Assembly (NCBI GenBank): GCA_963765495.1
Contig: CAVXWP010000001.1
Location: forward strand, 1,088,001 to 1,152,000
DNA length: 64,000 nt
Reading direction: 5' to 3'
From: Blastocatellia bacterium
GTDB lineage: Bacteria; Acidobacteriota; Blastocatellia; UBA7656
Under the pieces are notes generated by a model. That model was given only the letters and a program-made list of their open reading frames with translations, was not told where the DNA came from and ran no database searches. Below, in pieces: positions 60,205-64,000 of the stretch (its first letter is position 1; each line of letters begins with the position of its first letter). The position numbers and the translations under genes were made by a program.

Positions 60205-61893
60205 ATGCGTAGAAAGCTGAAATGGTTAATGATTTCGCGGCTCATCATAGCCGGGGCACTGCTTGTGCTTTTGGGCGTGATTGAGCAGAGCACATCCAGG
60301 TCATTTCTGCCCGTCCTGACGATTGTAACCGCGTCTGTATTGCTGGTATCGGCGTTGTACTTTCTGGCTTTGCGCTCCTCAATACCTTTCACAACGCAGG
60401 GTTATCTGCAACTGTCGCTCGACCTTTGCATAATCACGTGGCTCGTTTATAACACGGGCGATGTCGAATCACCGTTTCTGGCACTCTACCTTGTGATCAT
60501 CTTTGCCGCCAGCGCCCTGTTTGGTCGCTTTGGCATCTCGTGGCTGGGCGTCTCGGCCGGGTTGCTTTATGCGGTTACGGGGCTGCTCACTTTGACAAGC
60601 GCTGTGCCTCGCGCAAAGGGCTGGCCGGCCTATGAGATGAAGATGCTGCCCTGGGTCGAGTTCATGTTTGCCCTCAACCTGATAGCCATCCTTGCTGTTG
60701 TTGCCCTGTCGTCACAGTTGGCCGAGTATGTGCGCCGCAGCGAATCCCAGCTTGCAACCGCTACAAGAGAACTGGCTGATAACCGCCTCTTCAATGACCG
60801 CATTATTGAGAGCATGAGAAGCGGTCTTGTCACAACCGATCTTCAAGGCAACATACGCACCATCAATCGAGCCGCCGAAGAGATAACCGCTTATAAGGGG
60901 CAGGATGTTCGAGGCAAACATATCTCTACGATATTCGGCGATATAGAAAAGCAGATCGAAGTGGGGCTTGAATCAATACGCACGCGCTCGCGGCTGCCCC
61001 GGTTTGATGTAGGGTGCAAGACCGCCGAAGGAGACGAAATACATCTGGGATTTTCGGTCGCGCCGCTTGTCGACGAGGCCAATCGTTCGGGCGGATACGT
61101 GCTGACTTTTCAGGATTTGACCGATGTTATGGAGCTTGAACGCGAGGTCCGTCGCCAGGAACGGCTTGCCGCGCTTGGCAAGATGGCCGCCGGGCTTGCG
61201 CACGAGATTCGCAATCCGCTTGCTTCCATGCGCGGGTCCGTGCAGGTGCTCGCAAGCGAATTGAGCCTCTCTCCTGACCAGTTGCAGTTGATGGACATTG
61301 TGTTGCGCGAATCCGACCGGCTCAATCGCATAGTCTCTGACTTTCTCACTTATGCCCGCCCGCCGCGCACCGAACGCACGGTGGTCGAGCTTTCCAGCAT
61401 CCTTTCCGAAACGGTAGCTCTGTTGCGTAACAGCCCGGAGCTGATGTCGTCTCATCAGATATTGGAAGAGTACCCGCAAGAGCCTGTCCATTATAACGGC
61501 GACCCGAATCAGATAAGGCAGATATTCTGGAATCTGTCGCGCAATGCGATTCAGGCCATGCCGATGGGTGGCGAGCTTCGCGTCACGCTTGATGAGGGTC
61601 GCGACGGAGAGGTGACTATTACATTCGGCGATACGGGCAAGGGCATGAGTCGCGAGCAACAAGAGAGGATGTTCGAGCCCTTCAATTCCTCAAGCGGCGG
61701 AACGGGGCTGGGAATGGCCATAGTCTATCAGCTTGTCAGAGACCACGACGGCAAGATACTCATAGATAGCGAGGCCGGGAAGGGCACGCGCATTTCGATC
61801 AAGCTGCCGGCCACGGGCCGGGTCACGCGAAACCCGGACCCGAATGCGCTCGCGGAGTCCCACTCGTCGCTGGCAACTTTAAGTCGAGTTTGA
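60205..61893 (+). CDS. pilS: PilS-like sensor histidine kinase (TM region, PAS, HisKA, HATPase)
   Basis: TGDVESPF in the membrane domain, AHEIRNPL, GTGLG; lies between pilC and a sigma54 regulator. Confidence 0.8.
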   Translation: MRRKLKWLMISRLIIAGALLVLLGVIEQSTSRSFLPVLTIVTASVLLVSALYFLALRSSIPFTTQGYLQLSLDLCIITWLVYNTGDVESPFLALYLVIIFAASALFGRFGISWLGVSAGLLYAVTGLLTLTSAVPRAKGWPAYEMKMLPWVEFMFALNLIAILAVVALSSQLAEYVRRSESQLATATRELADNRLFNDRIIESMRSGLVTTDLQGNIRTINRAAEEITAYKGQDVRGKHISTIFGDIEKQIEVGLESIRTRSRLPRFDVGCKTAEGDEIHLGFSVAPLVDEANRSGGYVLTFQDLTDVMELEREVRRQERLAALGKMAAGLAHEIRNPLASMRGSVQVLASELSLSPDQLQLMDIVLRESDRLNRIVSDFLTYARPPRTERTVVELSSILSETVALLRNSPELMSSHQILEEYPQEPVHYNGDPNQIRQIFWNLSRNAIQAMPMGGELRVTLDEGRDGEVTITFGDTGKGMSREQQERMFEPFNSSSGGTGLGMAIVYQLVRDHDGKILIDSEAGKGTRISIKLPATGRVTRNPDPNALAESHSSLATLSRV

Positions 61894-61977
61894 TCTGGTC
61901 AGAAACTAGAAGAGAGAGTGAAGAATCCTTTCTCGTCTTTGCTTATTTGCATAATCAGTTATAAATGAGGGGAAGTA

Positions 61978-63405
61978 ATGGAGAAGATTTTAGTTGTTGA
62001 TGACGAACGCAGCATGAGAGAACTGCTGGAGCTTGTGCTCAAGCGCGAAGGCTATGCGGTGCACACGGCCGAAAACGGCTCGCGCGCGCTCGATCTGGTC
62101 CGGCAGAACCTTTACGATCTGATAATCTCTGACGTGAAGATGCCCGACATAAACGGGATAGAGCTTCTCGAACGCGTGCGCGAGGTTTCGCCCGACACGA
62201 TGGTTATTATGATCACCGCCTTTGCCACGGTTGATACAGCGCGGCGCGCCTTTAAGCTCGGGGCGGAAGATTTTGTCATCAAAGATTCGGGATTCGATGT
62301 AGAAGAACTGAAGGTCACGGTCGGCAAGGTTCTGGAAAAGAAACACCTGCGTCAGGAAAATGTCCTGCTCAAGCGTGAACTGCGCCAGCGCAATTCTTTA
62401 GACAATATAATCGGGCGCTCGCCTCAAATGCAGGCCGTCTATCAGATGATAGAGACCGTGGCGGCGACGGCTTCGACCGTTCTTATCACGGGCGAGTCGG
62501 GAACGGGAAAAGAACTGGCGGCGCGCGCTATCCATCACATGTCTGACCGCGCAAGCCACCCGTTCGTATCCATAAACTGCGGCGCTTTTACCGAAACATT
62601 GCTTGAATCCGAATTGTTCGGTTACATGAAAGGCTCGTTTACGGGCGCAGTCGCCAATCGCAAAGGATTGTTCGAAGCGGCGGAGGGGGGAACCATCTTC
62701 CTGGATGAAATAGGCGAGACCACGCTCACCATGCAGGTAAAGCTGCTGCGAGTGTTGCAGGAGCGGTGCATTCGCAGGGTCGGCGGGCTTGAAGAAATAC
62801 CAGTAGACTGTCGCGTAGTCGCGGCCACAAACCGTGACCTCTCTCAGATGGTCGAAGACAACACGTTTCGCAACGATCTCTTTTATCGCATAAGCGTCAT
62901 TCCGCTCGAGATGCCGCCCCTGCGCGCCCGAAGGATGGACATACCCGAGCTTGTCCGCCATTTTCTGATCAAGTACAGCGCGGCGGCGGGCCGGTCTACG
63001 CTGGATATTTCGGAAGAAGCGGGCAATTATCTGGAAGGCTATGATTGGCCGGGTAACGTACGAGAACTGGAAAACACCATCGAGCGCGCCGTCGCGCTTG
63101 AGCCTACGGGCATCGTGCAGCCTCAACGCCTGCCCGAGCGGATATTGAAATACAAGCCGAGAACCATTACCGACATAGACCTGCCCGAAGAAGGCATAGA
63201 CCTTGAAGGCTATCTCGCGCAACTCGAAAAGGATTACATCATTCGCGCTCTGCAACGCACGGGAGGCAACCAGACCCGCGCCGCGGAAATTTTGAATATG
63301 TCTGTCCGCAGCCTGCGCCATCTGCTCGACAAACATAAGATACGTCAGACCGCGAGCCTCCTGCGCGAATCGAACGCTATGAGCGATAGCGCCGTTCACA
63401 AGTAA
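61978..63405 (+). CDS. pilR: PilR/NtrC-family sigma54-dependent response regulator
   Basis: REC domain, GESGTGKE, ESELFG..KGSFTGA, WPGNVREL and Fis-type HTH. Confidence 0.82.
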   Translation: MEKILVVDDERSMRELLELVLKREGYAVHTAENGSRALDLVRQNLYDLIISDVKMPDINGIELLERVREVSPDTMVIMITAFATVDTARRAFKLGAEDFVIKDSGFDVEELKVTVGKVLEKKHLRQENVLLKRELRQRNSLDNIIGRSPQMQAVYQMIETVAATASTVLITGESGTGKELAARAIHHMSDRASHPFVSINCGAFTETLLESELFGYMKGSFTGAVANRKGLFEAAEGGTIFLDEIGETTLTMQVKLLRVLQERCIRRVGGLEEIPVDCRVVAATNRDLSQMVEDNTFRNDLFYRISVIPLEMPPLRARRMDIPELVRHFLIKYSAAAGRSTLDISEEAGNYLEGYDWPGNVRELENTIERAVALEPTGIVQPQRLPERILKYKPRTITDIDLPEEGIDLEGYLAQLEKDYIIRALQRTGGNQTRAAEILNMSVRSLRHLLDKHKIRQTASLLRESNAMSDSAVHK

Positions 63406-63666
63406 AGACGCGAGAGTCGCGCGCCGGTTTCCTCTCTCTTTCGATTGCCGCACTTTGTCTGCTCTATATTTATCGGCTCTATATTTATTGGATGTTGGCG
63501 GAAATCCTATCCCAGATTGCCCTCCGTTCGTCAGACTCATAGTCGTACTTCGTTTTTCACCTCGTTTTTGAATTCAAGTTTTCAAGTTTTTCTAGTAGAT
63601 TTAGTGGGCGCTAAAGACTCTGCGCGTTGCTTGAATATAAGAACGACATTCGGGTTTGAGGTGAGA

Positions 63667-64000
63667 ATGACTTCGATATACTTCTGGACAATTGTAGCTT
63701 ACATGGTTTTCCTGGTCGGAATTGGCGCAATGCGAAGTCGCGGCGTCGAAAGCCAGGAAGACTTTTCAGTGGCCGGACGTCAACTGGGCCCCTTCGTCTT
63801 ATTCGGGACTATGCTGGCGACGTGGATAGGGACAGGCTCGATTTTCGGCAATGCCGGAAAGACCTATGAAGTCGGCATCGCCGCGATAATTCTGCCTCTG
63901 GGGGCGCTGGTCGGCATTGCGGCGCTCTCGTTTCTTGCCGGACGGGCGCGGAGCCTGCCTGCTATTACGGTGCAGGATATTCTTGAAGCGCGCTACAACA
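63667..64000 (+). CDS. Sodium:solute symporter family protein (5' part; runs off the window and is absent from the ORF track)
   Basis: MTSIYFWTIVAY...EDFSVAGRQLGP...ATWIGTGSIFG. Confidence 0.85.
   Translation, partial: MTSIYFWTIVAYMVFLVGIGAMRSRGVESQEDFSVAGRQLGPFVLFGTMLATWIGTGSIFGNAGKTYEVGIAAIILPLGALVGIAALSFLAGRARSLPAITVQDILEARYN

Overview
A 64-kb chromosomal window of fairly high GC. Gene content and synteny suggest Acidobacteriota, probably Blastocatellia-like (inference). It is mostly housekeeping: purB-purS, tatD, priA, rpmE-DUF1385-prfA-prmC, rdgB, gap-pgk-tpiA-secG-tRNA-Leu and DUF47-pit. It also has two type IV filament loci (pilC/gspF-gspE-secretin-two pseudopilins-pilM, and pilB-pilT-pilC-pilS-pilR) and several secreted enzymes. 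Six unusual observations stand out. (1) A 3.7-kb two-gene islet sits at the start of priA, bounded by a 62-bp duplication of the priA promoter and first codons. It encodes a Zn-ribbon/DUF3626-like (putative ADP-ribosyltransferase-fold) protein coupled to a TPR protein with ten near-identical 102-bp repeats, and is a candidate undescribed defence or toxin module. (2) There is a dense population of hairpin elements with inverted heptamer-repeat arms placed right after stop codons; one family (7 copies) has a conserved 44-bp core. (3) An unannotated ~125-nt sRNA candidate upstream of rpmE has a sigma-54 promoter, three hairpins and a terminator. (4) A tRNA-Pro(UGG) gene is cut off after its anticodon arm at the left edge. 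(5) A Pho-box-like array lies upstream of the pit operon. (6) Adjacent secreted proteins share a Lys-rich C-terminal domain. No database searches were run; family calls rest on recognised motifs.
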